A stretch of 64,000 bases of DNA, taken from Candidatus Rokuibacteriota bacterium. GTDB lineage: Bacteria > JAUVQV01 > DATDCY01. Position numbers and translations under genes: made by a program. The stretch covers positions 457-64,456 of the forward strand of contig JANOHV010000072.1 in the NCBI GenBank assembly GCA_031406795.1, read 5' to 3'. The notes under the pieces are model-generated. The model did not search any database. It saw only the letters and a list, made by a program, of their open reading frames with translations, and had not been told where the DNA came from. Positions 50,100 through 59,907 of the stretch are shown here, piece by piece; within the stretch, counting starts at the first letter, position 1, and each line of letters begins with the position of its first letter.

Positions 50100-50884
50100 G
50101 GGAACAGCGCGGCGATGCGGCTTTGGATCGCCACGGCGGCGGCGCGCGGGTCCGTCGCGGAGCGGATGGGGCGGCCGACGACGATGTAATCCGCGCCGCC
50201 GCGGAAGGCCTCCTCGATGTCGACCGTCCGCTTCTGGTCGTCAGTCGGGCGGTTGAGCACCGGACGGATGCCGGGGGTCACGACAAGGAACCGCTCGCCG
50301 AGATGCTCGCGCAGCCGCGGGGCCTCGAGGCCGGATGAGATGACCCCGTCGCACCCGATCTCCAGGGCCCGCCGGGCGCGCGAGAGCACGAGGTCCGCGA
50401 CATTGCAGGAGAAGCCCAGGTCGTCGAGGTCCCCCTGGTCGAGGCTGGTGAGCACCGTGACCGCAAGAATCTTGACTTCGCCCCGCGCCTCGACCGCGGC
50501 ACGCATGATCGCGTCATTGCCGTGGACGGTCGTGAAGCTCACCCCGCGGCCCTGGAGGCGCCGCACCGCCGAGCGGACCGTTTCGGGAACGTCGAAGAAC
50601 TTGAGGTCGGCGAAGACCTGCTTCCCCTGTCCGGTGAGCCAGGAGACCAGCTCCCAGTAATTGCCGGCCATGAACAGTTCGAGGCCGACCTTGTAGAAAC
50701 TGACGCTGTCGCCCAGTTGTTCGACGAAACGGCGGGCCTGCTCGTGGTCGGGGACGTCCAGGGCCACGATGAGCCGGTCAGTCGCGGGAATCCCCTTATA
50801 AGTGTTCGGGGGGAGGCCGTCGCCGGCAGCCGTTCCGTCCGTCGTCATGCGCGGCATTGTCCGGCCACGCCCGCTCCGTGTCAA
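50093..50884 (-). CDS. pyrF: Orotidine 5'-phosphate decarboxylase
   Basis: LIVALDVP ... FADLKFFDVPETV ... VTPGIRP ... DYIVVGRPI motifs. Start ambiguous among the three N-terminal ATGs. Confidence 0.9.
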   Translation of the reverse strand: MTRSGRGRTMPRMTTDGTAAGDGLPPNTYKGIPATDRLIVALDVPDHEQARRFVEQLGDSVSFYKVGLELFMAGNYWELVSWLTGQGKQVFADLKFFDVPETVRSAVRRLQGRGVSFTTVHGNDAIMRAAVEARGEVKILAVTVLTSLDQGDLDDLGFSCNVADLVLSRARRALEIGCDGVISSGLEAPRLREHLGERFLVVTPGIRPVLNRPTDDQKRTVDIEEAFRGGADYIVVGRPIRSATDPRAAAVAIQSRIAALFPA

Positions 50885-50985
50885 CCGCCGCGCTCGCCAG
50901 GCTCCCCGTTCTCGCCTCTCGCGCCGGGGGGCCGCTGTAGTAGAATGGCGCCAGGTACCGTACTACTCTGTCATGGAGCTACGCC

Positions 50986-52077
50986 GTGCGTTCTGAAGAA
51001 CAGGGTTCGTCCGTCTCGCTGCCGCACGAGGTGTGCGAAAGCCTTGTCGAAGAGGCTCCCGTGGGCATGTGCGTGGTGCAGGACGGCCGCGTCGTCTATG
51101 CGAACCGCTGGCTGCGCGAATTCAGCGGCTATGCGGGCAGCGCCGATCTCCCCCGGGACGTTGACACCGTGATTCACCCGGATGACCTGGCGCTGGTCAC
51201 CCGGCAGATGCACCTGCGGCTCTCCGGGCAGGAGGCGTTCCCGAGTTGCACGGTGCGGTTCATGCTGCGCGACGGCGGGGTTCGCGAGGTGGAACTCTAC
51301 GACAGGAGCATCCTCTACCGGGGCCGCCCGGCCATCGAGGCCGCCGTTATTGACATCACGGCCCGGGTCGCGGCCGAGCGCAAGTTGCAGGAACATACCG
51401 CGCGTCTCGAGGAAACGAATCGTCTGCGCCTGCTATTCTGCGACATTCTCAGCCACGACCTCGTGAATCCCGTCTGGATCACGGAGAACTACCTGCGGCT
51501 GCTGATGGATGGGGGCGTTCCCGAGGACAAGCTGCCGTACTACGGCGGGATGCGCGGCTCCCTGACGAAGGCCCGGGGCATCCTCGCCGATGCCCGCGCC
51601 TATCTGGCGATACCGGATCGTACCGCGGGCGAAGAGGGCAGGATCGATCTCGACGGGATTGCCGAGGAGGTGGTGAACAGCCTCCGTCCGCTCAGTGAGG
51701 AGAAGGGCCAGCGGATCGCCGTCACCCTCGCCGGGGGTGCGGCGATCGCCGCGGGGCCCCAGGTCAGCGAAGTCGTCGGACAGCTGCTCTCGAACGCGAT
51801 CAAGTACGGCCCGCCGGACTCGGCGATCGAGGTTTCAGTCAGCGCCGGCCCTCGCGTGCGTCTCGAGGTCCGCGACCGCGGCCCCGGCGTGCCGCTGGAG
51901 GGGCGCGAGCGCATCTTTCAGCGCTTCGAGAGCATGGAGAAGGGTCCGATTGCCGGGATCGGTCTGGGTCTGACCATCGTGCGCCGCATCGTGGAGCTGC
52001 ACCACGGCCGGGTCTGGGTGGAGGAGAATGCGGGCGGTGGCAGCGTCTTCATCGCCGAGTTCCCCGCAGCCCGCTGA
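50986..52077 (+). CDS. PAS-domain sensor histidine kinase (orphan)
   Basis: PAS fold (MCVVQDGRVVYANRWLREFSGY), HisKA H-box (LLFCDILSHDLVNPV), and HATPase N/G boxes (LLSNAIKYG; DRGPGVP; GIGLGLTIV). GTG start at 50986. No adjacent response regulator. Confidence 0.85.
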   Translation: MRSEEQGSSVSLPHEVCESLVEEAPVGMCVVQDGRVVYANRWLREFSGYAGSADLPRDVDTVIHPDDLALVTRQMHLRLSGQEAFPSCTVRFMLRDGGVREVELYDRSILYRGRPAIEAAVIDITARVAAERKLQEHTARLEETNRLRLLFCDILSHDLVNPVWITENYLRLLMDGGVPEDKLPYYGGMRGSLTKARGILADARAYLAIPDRTAGEEGRIDLDGIAEEVVNSLRPLSEEKGQRIAVTLAGGAAIAAGPQVSEVVGQLLSNAIKYGPPDSAIEVSVSAGPRVRLEVRDRGPGVPLEGRERIFQRFESMEKGPIAGIGLGLTIVRRIVELHHGRVWVEENAGGGSVFIAEFPAAR

Positions 52078-52089
52078 AGCCGGCCCCTT

Positions 52090-53736
52090 TCAGCGGCCCT
52101 CGCCGAAGGGTCTTCTGTCGAAGGTGGCGGCGATGCCGTCCGGGGCCTTGCGCAGGACGATGTCGCACCGCCAGCGGGCGTCGTCGCGGGCGGGGTGGTC
52201 CGTGGTGAAATGCAGCCCGCGGCTCTCGGCGCGGCGCGCGGCGCACTCGATGATCAGTTCGGCGACCGTGGTGATGTTGCGCAGCTCGATCAGGTCGTTG
52301 GTGACGAACACGCCGCGGTAGTACTCCTCGATCTCGTCCTTGAGCAGCCTCACCCGCGAGCGGGCGCGTGCCAGCCGTTTGTCCGAGCGCACGATGCCGA
52401 CGTAGTTCCACATCGCCCGCCGCAGTTCGTCCCAGTTCTGGCTCACGACGACCTCCTCGGTACTCGGCGCGGCGTTGCCCGGGTTCCACGCGGCGACCGG
52501 CGGGGGCGGCCTGCCGCCGTCTTTGATCGCCGCCTCGTACGCCCGATGGGCGAAGACGACCGCCTCGAGCAGCGAGTTGCTCGCCAGCCGGTTCGCGCCG
52601 TGCAGTCCGGTGAAGGCGGTCTCGCCGGCGCAGTACAGGCCGTCAAGCGTGGTCCGCCCGTCGGGCCCCGTCACGACACCGCCGCACAGGTAGTGCGCAG
52701 CCGGCACCACGGGGATCGGCTGGCTGGTGATATCGATGCCGTACTCCAGGCAGCGCGCGTGGATGGTCGGGAAGCGCTCCCGCAGAAATTCGGCGGGTCG
52801 GTGGCTGATGTCGAGCAGCACGTGCTCGGCGCCGCTGGTCTTCATTTCGTGGTCGATGGCCCGCGCGACGATGTCCCGCGGCGCCAGGTCCCGGCGCGGG
52901 TCGTACTTCGCCATGAAGGGCTCCCCGGCGATCGTCTTGAGGATGCCGCCCTCGCCGCGCACCGCCTCGCTGACCAGGAAGCTCTTGGCCGCCGGGTGAT
53001 AGAGGCAGGTCGGGTGGAACTGGAAGAACTCCATCCCCGCGACGGCCGCGCCGGCGCGAAAGGCCATCGCCACCCCGTCGCCCGTGGCGACGTCGGGGTT
53101 GCTGGTGTAGAGATAGACCTTGCCGGCGCCGCCGGTGGCGAGCAGGGTCGCGGGGGCGAGGAACGTGTGCACCTCGCCCCGGCGGCTGTCCAGGACGTAG
53201 GCCCCCCAGACCCGGTCGTGCCCGTCGCGGATCGCCCCGCCGAGTCGCGATTCGAGGATAAGGTCGATGGCGATGTGGTACTCGAAGATGCCGATGCGCG
53301 GGTGCGCGCGGCAGCGCTCGATCAGGCTCTCCTCGATCTCCCGCCCCGTCGAGTCCTTGGCGTGCAGGATGCGCCGGCGCGAATGGCCGCCCTCCATGCC
53401 GAGGTCGTACCCGACACCGGGTTCGGCGTCGCGGGAGAAATCGCACCCCAGGTCGATCAGCTCGCGGATGCGCTCCGGTCCGCTCCGCACGACCAGCTCC
53501 ACCACGTCGCGGTGGCAGAGGCCGTCGCCGGCGGTCAGCGTGTCGTCGATGTGCAGGTCGAAGCGGTCCTGCGCGCTCCAGACCGAGGCGATGCCCCCCT
53601 GGGCGTACCAGGTGTTCGAAGCCTGCGCCTCGCGCTTGGAGACGACCGCGACGGTGCCGTGCGCTGCCGCCTTGAGCGCGAACGAGAGCCCGGCAACGCC
53701 GCTGCCGATGACCAGGTAGTCGATCCGGTGCTCCAT
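52090..53736 (-). CDS. nadB: L-aspartate oxidase
   Basis: FAD-binding DYLVIGSGVAGLSFALKAA, QGGIA, and the succinate-DH/fumarate-reductase flavoprotein fold with a NadB-type C-terminus. Start MEHRIDY (ATG 53736); the ORF is open to 53844. Confidence 0.93.
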   Translation of the reverse strand: MEHRIDYLVIGSGVAGLSFALKAAAHGTVAVVSKREAQASNTWYAQGGIASVWSAQDRFDLHIDDTLTAGDGLCHRDVVELVVRSGPERIRELIDLGCDFSRDAEPGVGYDLGMEGGHSRRRILHAKDSTGREIEESLIERCRAHPRIGIFEYHIAIDLILESRLGGAIRDGHDRVWGAYVLDSRRGEVHTFLAPATLLATGGAGKVYLYTSNPDVATGDGVAMAFRAGAAVAGMEFFQFHPTCLYHPAAKSFLVSEAVRGEGGILKTIAGEPFMAKYDPRRDLAPRDIVARAIDHEMKTSGAEHVLLDISHRPAEFLRERFPTIHARCLEYGIDITSQPIPVVPAAHYLCGGVVTGPDGRTTLDGLYCAGETAFTGLHGANRLASNSLLEAVVFAHRAYEAAIKDGGRPPPPVAAWNPGNAAPSTEEVVVSQNWDELRRAMWNYVGIVRSDKRLARARSRVRLLKDEIEEYYRGVFVTNDLIELRNITTVAELIIECAARRAESRGLHFTTDHPARDDARWRCDIVLRKAPDGIAATFDRRPFGEGR

Positions 53737-53899
53737 CAGGGGGACTGTTTCTAGAGCGTGGATGAGTGACGAGCGGGATTTTTCGTCCTGGCAAGTCGTC
53801 CGAGGAAGCGGCCGCGGAGGCGTACCGGAAGGTACGACGCACAAGGCTGCAACGAGGCGACGCAGTCAGGGCGGAAAAGACCCTCGTCAATCATCTTCG

Positions 53900-54400
53900 C
53901 TAATGGGGTTTGTCCATGTCGGTGCGGATGATGCCGTACTTGTCCAGTTCGCCCTGCAGGGTGGCGCTGCCCAGCACCCAGGCGCGCCGCAGATCGTCCT
54001 GGGATTCCTGTTCTTTCCCGAGCGAGTCCTGCGCCATGCCCCGGCAGTAAAAGGCCACCGCGTACGAGGGATCCAGCTCGATGGAGCGGGAGAAGTCGGC
54101 GACCGCCCCCTCGAAGTCCATCTGGGCCATGCGCCCCATCCCGCGGCGGAAATGCAGGCGGGGGCTGTCCGGCTTCAGCTCGACCGCGCGGTCGAAGTCC
54201 TTGAGCGCATCCGCGTACTGGCCCAGCGTGATTAGCGCCGCGCCGTGGGCGACGAGCAGTCCGACATCGTCGGGGTCCAGTTCGAGCGCCTTGGCGAAGA
54301 CGGCCGCTGCCTCGTCGAACTTCGTCTGGGAGAGCAGTCGCTGCCCCTCCGCGATCAGGTCATCCATGTCCATTGAACAATCCCTCCATTTACCGTCCAC
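53900..54400 (-). CDS. Tetratricopeptide-repeat protein
   Basis: Three to four TPR units (AxxFxxAlelxP pattern: FAKALELDPDD, FDRAVELKPDS, FSRSIELDPSY). Confidence 0.75.
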   Translation of the reverse strand: MDGKWRDCSMDMDDLIAEGQRLLSQTKFDEAAAVFAKALELDPDDVGLLVAHGAALITLGQYADALKDFDRAVELKPDSPRLHFRRGMGRMAQMDFEGAVADFSRSIELDPSYAVAFYCRGMAQDSLGKEQESQDDLRRAWVLGSATLQGELDKYGIIRTDMDKPH

Positions 54401-54461
54401 GGTACCACAACCGCGGGCGGCACGCCCTTCCTGTGGCGGCGGTCAGGGCTGGTCTGCGGCG

Positions 54462-54652
54462 GGGGAGGGGGTGAACCCCTCCCCTACGCACGCACGAATA
54501 TTGGGATGAACCGCTCCCCTGCGCTCGCATGCTATTAGGGTGAACCGCTCCCCTCCGCTCGCATACTATTGGGGTGAACCGCTCCCCTACCCACGCACGA
54601 TTCCGCCTACGCGTGTCTGGGCTCGTCGTAGGGGCGGGGTTGATCCCCGCCC
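54462..54652. repeat. REP-derived tandem array flanked by inverted REP copies
   Basis: A-type reverse REP GGGGAGGGGGTGAACCCCTCCCCTAC (54462-54487) with tail GCACGCACGAATATT; then three about 35-bp tandem degenerate units GGG(A)TGAACCGCTCCCCT(G/C/A)C(G/C)C.CGCA..CTATT. (54503-54537, 54538-54571, 54572-54600); then forward C-type REP GTAGGGGCGGGGTTGATCCCCGCCC (54628-54652). Lies between the TPR gene and ccdA. Confidence 0.8.
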
Positions 54653-54665
54653 GACAATGGCCCGG

Positions 54666-55382
54666 TCAGCTGAAGAGCCCGGAAATCAGGTTGTTGAGGC
54701 GCTCGAAGGCGCCGGTGATCAGCAACACGCCCATCGCCATCATCACCACTCCCGCGGCGATCTGCACCGGGCGCAGCCAGCGCCCGCTGCGGTTGGCGAG
54801 GCGCAGGGAGTAGGAGGCCGCGGCTCCGAAGACGAGAAAGGGGATCGCCAGGCCGAGCGAGTAGGCGATCAGCAGCAGCCCGCCGCCGGCGACGCTGCCG
54901 GCGGTGGCGGCCTGGGCGAGCACCGCGAAGAGGACCGGGCCGACGCAGGGCGTCCAGCCGAAAGCGAAGGCCATCCCGAGCAGCAGGCTGCGCCCATTGC
55001 CCGGTTCGCGGCGGCGGACCTCGAAGCGCCGCTCGCGGTAGAGCCAGGCGAAATGCAGCAGCCCGGCGACTTGCATGCCGAAGAGAAAGATCAGCACCCC
55101 GGCGACCCGGCGCAGCAGCAAGGCGTGGCCGGCGAGGAAGTGGCCGAGGGTGGTGGCGCTCAGGCCGAGGGCCGTGAAGACGATCGTGAACCCGACGCAG
55201 AAAATCGCGGCGTGCCGCAGGGTCTTCGGCAGGTAGGCGCGAGGAGGAAGGGTCTCGAGTTCCTCGAAGGAGAGTCCGGAGAGGTACCCCAGATAGCCGG
55301 GCATCAGCGGCAGCACGCACGGGCTGAAGAAGGACACGATGCCGCCGAGAAAGGCGGCCCCGTAGGAGAGGCCGTCGGTCAT
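54666..55382 (-). CDS. ccdA: Cytochrome c-type biogenesis protein CcdA (DsbD transmembrane-domain family)
   Basis: Two conserved cysteines in TM1/TM4 (FFSPCVLPLMPGYLGYL; FGWTPCVGPVL), 6 TM helices, 238 aa. Confidence 0.88.
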   Translation of the reverse strand: MTDGLSYGAAFLGGIVSFFSPCVLPLMPGYLGYLSGLSFEELETLPPRAYLPKTLRHAAIFCVGFTIVFTALGLSATTLGHFLAGHALLLRRVAGVLIFLFGMQVAGLLHFAWLYRERRFEVRRREPGNGRSLLLGMAFAFGWTPCVGPVLFAVLAQAATAGSVAGGGLLLIAYSLGLAIPFLVFGAAASYSLRLANRSGRWLRPVQIAAGVVMMAMGVLLITGAFERLNNLISGLFS

Positions 55383-55477
55383 CGCTGCGGCCGCCGTCGA
55401 GGGTCCGGCTGTGGAGTGGAGGTCTTGTCATCGTCACGCATGGTCGGTATTGTACCCGAACGCGGAACGCAACAACC

Positions 55478-58400
55478 ATGACATCCCAGACGAAGACCAA
55501 GCCCGCCGCCCTCGCCGTCGGCCTCGACGCCGGATCGGTGAGCGTCAACTGCGTCGTGCTCGACGCGGCCGGCCGCATCGTCCACGAGGAGCCGTACCGG
55601 CGCCATTTCGGCCGTCCGGCCGCCGCCTCCCTCGCGGCGCTCGGCGCGGTGCGGGAGATGTTTGGCCAGGCGACGATCGCCTCGGTGACCTTCACCGGTT
55701 CGCACGGCCAGGCGCTCGCCGCGCGCCTCGGCTTCCCGTGGGAGCCGGAGACGATCGCGCAGATCCTGGGCGCGGCGCACGTGGCCCCCGGCGTCCGCAC
55801 GATCATCGCGATCGGCGGGCAGGATGCGGCGCTCTTCGCGCTGGACTGGGAGCAGGAGCGCTGGCGGCTGGAGCACTTCGCGATGAACGGCCCCTGCGCT
55901 TCGGGGACGGGGTCCTTCATCGACCAGCAGGCCGAGCGGCTGGCCGGCGCCCTGACCGCATCATCCGCGCAGGGCGACCAGGCGCAGCTCGAAACGCTGC
56001 TCGCCGCCTTCATCAGGGAGGGGCTCACGAGCGAGACGCCGGCGCCCGTGGCCTGCCGCTGCACGGTCTTCACCAAGTCGGACATGATCCACCTGCAGAA
56101 CAAGGGCGAGCCGCTCGCGAACATCATCGCCGGTCTGCACGAGGGCAACGCGGCGAACTACCTGAGCACGATCGTCGGCACCCGGCGGCTCGAGCCGCCG
56201 CTGGTCTTTCTCGGCGGTGTCGCCGCCAACCCGCTCCAGGTGCGGGCGTTCCGGCGGCGGCACCCCGAACTGACAGTGCCGCCGCACCACGCGTCCCTCG
56301 GGGCGGTCGGTGCGGCGCTGGCATCGCAGCGGGCGGGCCGCACGGCCGTGCTGGATCTGGCGCGGTTCGGGGAGGGGCCGGACCTCGGGGGGGAGGCAGT
56401 GCCGCGCACCGGACCGCTGCGGGCCCCTTCGGCGCCGCCGGACGGCGCGCTGCCCGCCGCCGACGCGGCCGCGCTCGCGCACGGCGTCTGGCTCGGCATC
56501 GACATCGGCTCGACGACGACGAAGTTCGCGTTGATCGACACCGGGGGGCGCATTCTCGCCAAGCGCTATGTCCCGACGCGCGGCCGCCCGATCGAGGTTG
56601 CGCGCGAACTGGTGGAGGGGCTCCGCGCCGAACTGGGGGGCGGGGTGCGTCTGCTGGGTCTGGCCACCACGGGCTCCGGGCGGCAGGTGGTCGGCGACTT
56701 TCTCGCCGCGGACCTGGTGATCGACGAGATCACGGCGCACGCGCGCGGCGCGATTGCGGCCGATCCCGAGGTGGACACGATCTTCGAGATCGGCGGGCAG
56801 GACGCGAAGTACATTCGTCTCGAGCAGCGGCACGCCATCGACTTCGACATGAACAAGGTCTGCGCCGCCGGGACCGGCAGCTTCCTGCACGAACTGGCGG
56901 CCAAGCTCGGCGTGGACATCGTCGGCGAGTTCGAGAACGTGGCGCTCGCCTCCCCCGCGCCGGTGCGGCTCGCGGAGCGCTGCACGGTCTTCATGGAATC
57001 CGACCTCGTCAGCGCGCTTCAACAAGGAGCGCCTCGCGACGACCTGATCGCCGGCCTGGCCTCCGCCGTCGTGCACAACTACCTCAATCGCGTGGTCGGC
57101 CGGCGCAACATCGGCCGGCGCGTGATGTTTCTCGGCGGCCCCTCGCTGAACCGCGCCGTGGTGGCCGCGTTCGAACAGGTGCTCGGGCGGCCCGTCATCG
57201 TGCCGCCGCACCGCGAGGTGATGGGCGCGTTCGGCGCCGCCCTCGCCGTCCGCGCCGCCGCCGCGCGGGGCGAAATCGCGCCGGAGCAACGCAACCTCGG
57301 CGCGCTCGGCGCCGCCGCGGCTTCGTTCACGGAGCGGGTCTGCCGGGCCGACGCGGCGTGCCGCAACGAGTGCAAGCTGCGGGTTTACGACTTCGGGGGA
57401 CGCTCGAGTGTCTGGGGCGGCGAGTGCGGGCGCTACGAAGTCGCCCGGCGCGGCGTGGTGCGACGCCCGGATCTGTTCGCCGAGCGGGCGAAAGCGTTCG
57501 CCGAGGCGCTGGCGGGGCGGGCCGAGCCCGGCGACCCGCGAGCGCCGGCCCCGGCGCGCGTCCCCGCCGGCACGATCGGCGTGCCGCTGGCGCTCTACGG
57601 CATCGGCTGGGGTGTTTTCTGGACGCACCTGCTCGCCGGCCTGGGTTACCGCGTGCTGCTCTCGCCGCCCACCGACGAGAGCATCGCCCGCGCGGGCATC
57701 GTCTCGATGTCCGCCGAGACCTGCTTCCCGGTCAAGGTCTTTCACGGACACGTGCACTGGCTGCTCGAGCGCGCCGAGACGCTTTTTCTCCCCAATGTGA
57801 TCACCCTGCCGACCCCCGGGGGCGAACGCGGGCTGCTGTGCCCGTATGTCGAGGGTTCGCAGTTCATGGTCAAGGCCGCGCTCGACATCCCGGAGGCGCG
57901 CATCGTGCGCCCGACGCTCTTTCTGGCCGAGGGTCCCGAGGAGGCGGCGCGCGAACTCCGGCGCAGCCTGCCGCGGTCGCGCCGCCCGTCAAAGGCCAGG
58001 ATGACGGCCCTCGCGGCCGAGGCCTGGGCGCGGCAGCAGGAGTTCACGAGTTCGCTGGAGCGGCGGGGCGAGGAACTGCTGGCCCAGGTCCCGGCCGGCG
58101 AGCCGGTCTGGCTGGTGAGCGGGCGCCCGTACAACCTCTTCGACGAGCGCTGCAACCTCAAGATCGGCCGCCACCTCGCCGCGCTCGGCGTGACGGCGCT
58201 GCCGATGGATTGTCTCGCGCTCGACGGTGAGGATCTCACGGATTTTCCCGGCATGTACTGGGGGCTCGGGGCGCGCATCCTGCGGGCGGCGCGGCGCGTG
58301 GCGCGCACCCCGAATCTCATCGGCGTGCACCTGACCAACTTCGGCTGCGGCGCCGATTCGTTCGTCGAACACTTCTACCGGCACGCCACGGAGGGGAAGC

Positions 58401-58546
58401 CGACACTCGTGCTCGAACTCGACGAGCACACCGCAGTTGCCGGCCTGCTGACGCGGCTGGAGGCCTACCGCACCGTGGTGCGCAGCGCCATGGCGGAGGC
58501 CGCCGGCGCGCCGCCTTCGGGCGCCGCCGGCGGGGGTCGCCGGTGA
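55478..58546 (+). CDS. Double BadF/BadG/BcrA/BcrD-type ATPase (2-hydroxyacyl-CoA dehydratase activase-like) fused to C-terminal DUF2229-like domain
   Basis: Two tandem ASKHA-fold ATPase modules, each with LGLDAGSVSVN / LGIDIGSTTTK phosphate-1 motifs and FAMNGPCASGTGSFID / FDMNKVCAAGTGSFLHE cysteine-containing helix-cluster regions as in HgdC/BcrAD. A further ~380-aa C-terminal domain follows; 1022 aa. Confidence 0.85.
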   Translation: MTSQTKTKPAALAVGLDAGSVSVNCVVLDAAGRIVHEEPYRRHFGRPAAASLAALGAVREMFGQATIASVTFTGSHGQALAARLGFPWEPETIAQILGAAHVAPGVRTIIAIGGQDAALFALDWEQERWRLEHFAMNGPCASGTGSFIDQQAERLAGALTASSAQGDQAQLETLLAAFIREGLTSETPAPVACRCTVFTKSDMIHLQNKGEPLANIIAGLHEGNAANYLSTIVGTRRLEPPLVFLGGVAANPLQVRAFRRRHPELTVPPHHASLGAVGAALASQRAGRTAVLDLARFGEGPDLGGEAVPRTGPLRAPSAPPDGALPAADAAALAHGVWLGIDIGSTTTKFALIDTGGRILAKRYVPTRGRPIEVARELVEGLRAELGGGVRLLGLATTGSGRQVVGDFLAADLVIDEITAHARGAIAADPEVDTIFEIGGQDAKYIRLEQRHAIDFDMNKVCAAGTGSFLHELAAKLGVDIVGEFENVALASPAPVRLAERCTVFMESDLVSALQQGAPRDDLIAGLASAVVHNYLNRVVGRRNIGRRVMFLGGPSLNRAVVAAFEQVLGRPVIVPPHREVMGAFGAALAVRAAAARGEIAPEQRNLGALGAAAASFTERVCRADAACRNECKLRVYDFGGRSSVWGGECGRYEVARRGVVRRPDLFAERAKAFAEALAGRAEPGDPRAPAPARVPAGTIGVPLALYGIGWGVFWTHLLAGLGYRVLLSPPTDESIARAGIVSMSAETCFPVKVFHGHVHWLLERAETLFLPNVITLPTPGGERGLLCPYVEGSQFMVKAALDIPEARIVRPTLFLAEGPEEAARELRRSLPRSRRPSKARMTALAAEAWARQQEFTSSLERRGEELLAQVPAGEPVWLVSGRPYNLFDERCNLKIGRHLAALGVTALPMDCLALDGEDLTDFPGMYWGLGARILRAARRVARTPNLIGVHLTNFGCGADSFVEHFYRHATEGKPTLVLELDEHTAVAGLLTRLEAYRTVVRSAMAEAAGAPPSGAAGGGRR

Positions 58547-59907
58547 GATCTTTCGCCGCGGCGCGCGACCGGGTGGGGAGCGTTGCGCTCGCCGGGCGCA
58601 CGCTGCTAGTGCCCTCGATGCACCCGGCCGGGGCCGAGTTCCTCGCCGCGTGCTTCCGGGCGATCGGGGTGCCGGCCCTGGTCATGGAAACCGGAACCGG
58701 GCTGGAACTGGGCCGCGAGCAGACCTCGGGCAAGGAGTGCTTCCCCTGCCAGGTCACCCTCGGCGATGTCCTGCGGCACCTGCAGGCCGAGCGCAACCGC
58801 CTCGGCCCGGCGTTCGACGCCAGGAATTACGCCTACTTTCTCCCCGAGGCCACCGGTCCCTGCCGCTTCGGGATGTACAACAAGTTCCAGCGGCTCGTGC
58901 TCGACCGCTTCGAGGAGTTTCGCGAAATGCCGATCGCCGCGATCACCACCGCGGACTCCTACTCCGCCGAAGGGCTCGTCCCGGCGGCGGATGCGGCGCG
59001 CTTCCGGCTGATGATTTTCATGACGATGATCGTCGCCGACGCGCTGGACCGCATCCTGTGGCGCGCGCGTCCCTACGAGCGCCGGGCGGGCGCCGTCGAG
59101 GAGCTGCACGCGTCGGCCGTCGCGGCCATGATTCGGGTGATCGAAAACGGCGGTCTGCGCACCGATTTTCGCGAATTTCACGAGGTCGTCGCCGACGCGG
59201 CCCGGGCGGCGCGCGGCCTCATCGACCCGTCGCTCCCGCGGCGTCCGCGCATCGGCATGGTCGGCGAAATCTACCTGCGGTCGCATCCCTTCTCGAACCA
59301 GGAGCTGATCCTGGAACTCGAGCGCCACGGCGCGGAAGTGGTCAACGCCACGCTCGCCGAGTGGGTGAGTTTCATCACGTACTGCCGGATCCGCGAGCAC
59401 CGCCAGAGCGCCGGCCGGCAGCTGCGGGCCGGCCGGATCGGAGAGGCGCGGCGCGCGGCGCAGAAGTCGCTCGGACAGGCCATCGAGTACCGCTACCTCA
59501 ACGCCAAACGCCGCGGCGTCTACGCGGCGGCGCTGCGGCATCTGGACATCGCCGCCGACCACGACGTCCACACGGTGGAGCGGCGGCTGGAGGGCGATCG
59601 GCATTTTTCCTTCGACATCGGCACGGAGTCGGTCCTGAGCATCGGCGGCGCGCTCGAGTACGTCGCCCACGGCTGCGACGGCATCGTGAACGTCTACCCG
59701 TTCACCTGCATGCCGGGCACCATGGCGACCTCCGTGCTCGGTCCGCTGCTCGCGAAGATGCGGGTGCCCTACCTGGAGGTCCCCTGCGACGGCACGCGCC
59801 GGGCGAGCCGGGAGACGCAGATTCGCACGTTCGTCTGGCAGGCGGCGCAGCGGGGGGCAGCGGCGCCGCCTGGCCGGGGCGGCGGCGGTCGGGGCCGGAA
59901 GGAGTGA
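58543..59907 (+). CDS. 2-hydroxyacyl-CoA dehydratase D-component (HgdB/BcrBC-like) family protein
   Basis: The conserved cysteines and overall pattern (GKECFPCQVTLGDVL ... TGPCRFGMY ... VYPFTCMPGT) resemble the HGD-D family. A GTG start overlaps the upstream stop (GTGA), indicating translational coupling. Confidence 0.75.
   Translation: MRSFAAARDRVGSVALAGRTLLVPSMHPAGAEFLAACFRAIGVPALVMETGTGLELGREQTSGKECFPCQVTLGDVLRHLQAERNRLGPAFDARNYAYFLPEATGPCRFGMYNKFQRLVLDRFEEFREMPIAAITTADSYSAEGLVPAADAARFRLMIFMTMIVADALDRILWRARPYERRAGAVEELHASAVAAMIRVIENGGLRTDFREFHEVVADAARAARGLIDPSLPRRPRIGMVGEIYLRSHPFSNQELILELERHGAEVVNATLAEWVSFITYCRIREHRQSAGRQLRAGRIGEARRAAQKSLGQAIEYRYLNAKRRGVYAAALRHLDIAADHDVHTVERRLEGDRHFSFDIGTESVLSIGGALEYVAHGCDGIVNVYPFTCMPGTMATSVLGPLLAKMRVPYLEVPCDGTRRASRETQIRTFVWQAAQRGAAAPPGRGGGGRGRKE

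Noticed and set aside
54503-54600. Tandem about 35-bp repeats considered as a possible CRISPR array
   Set aside because: Units abut directly with no unique spacers, and they are degenerate copies of the adjacent REP plus tail. No cas genes or leader. Interpreted as REP-derived tandem duplication.
55961-57757. 598-aa minus-strand ORF antisense to the double-ATPase gene
   Set aside because: It lies entirely within the strongly supported 55478..58546 frame, with low-complexity composition and no start or RBS context.
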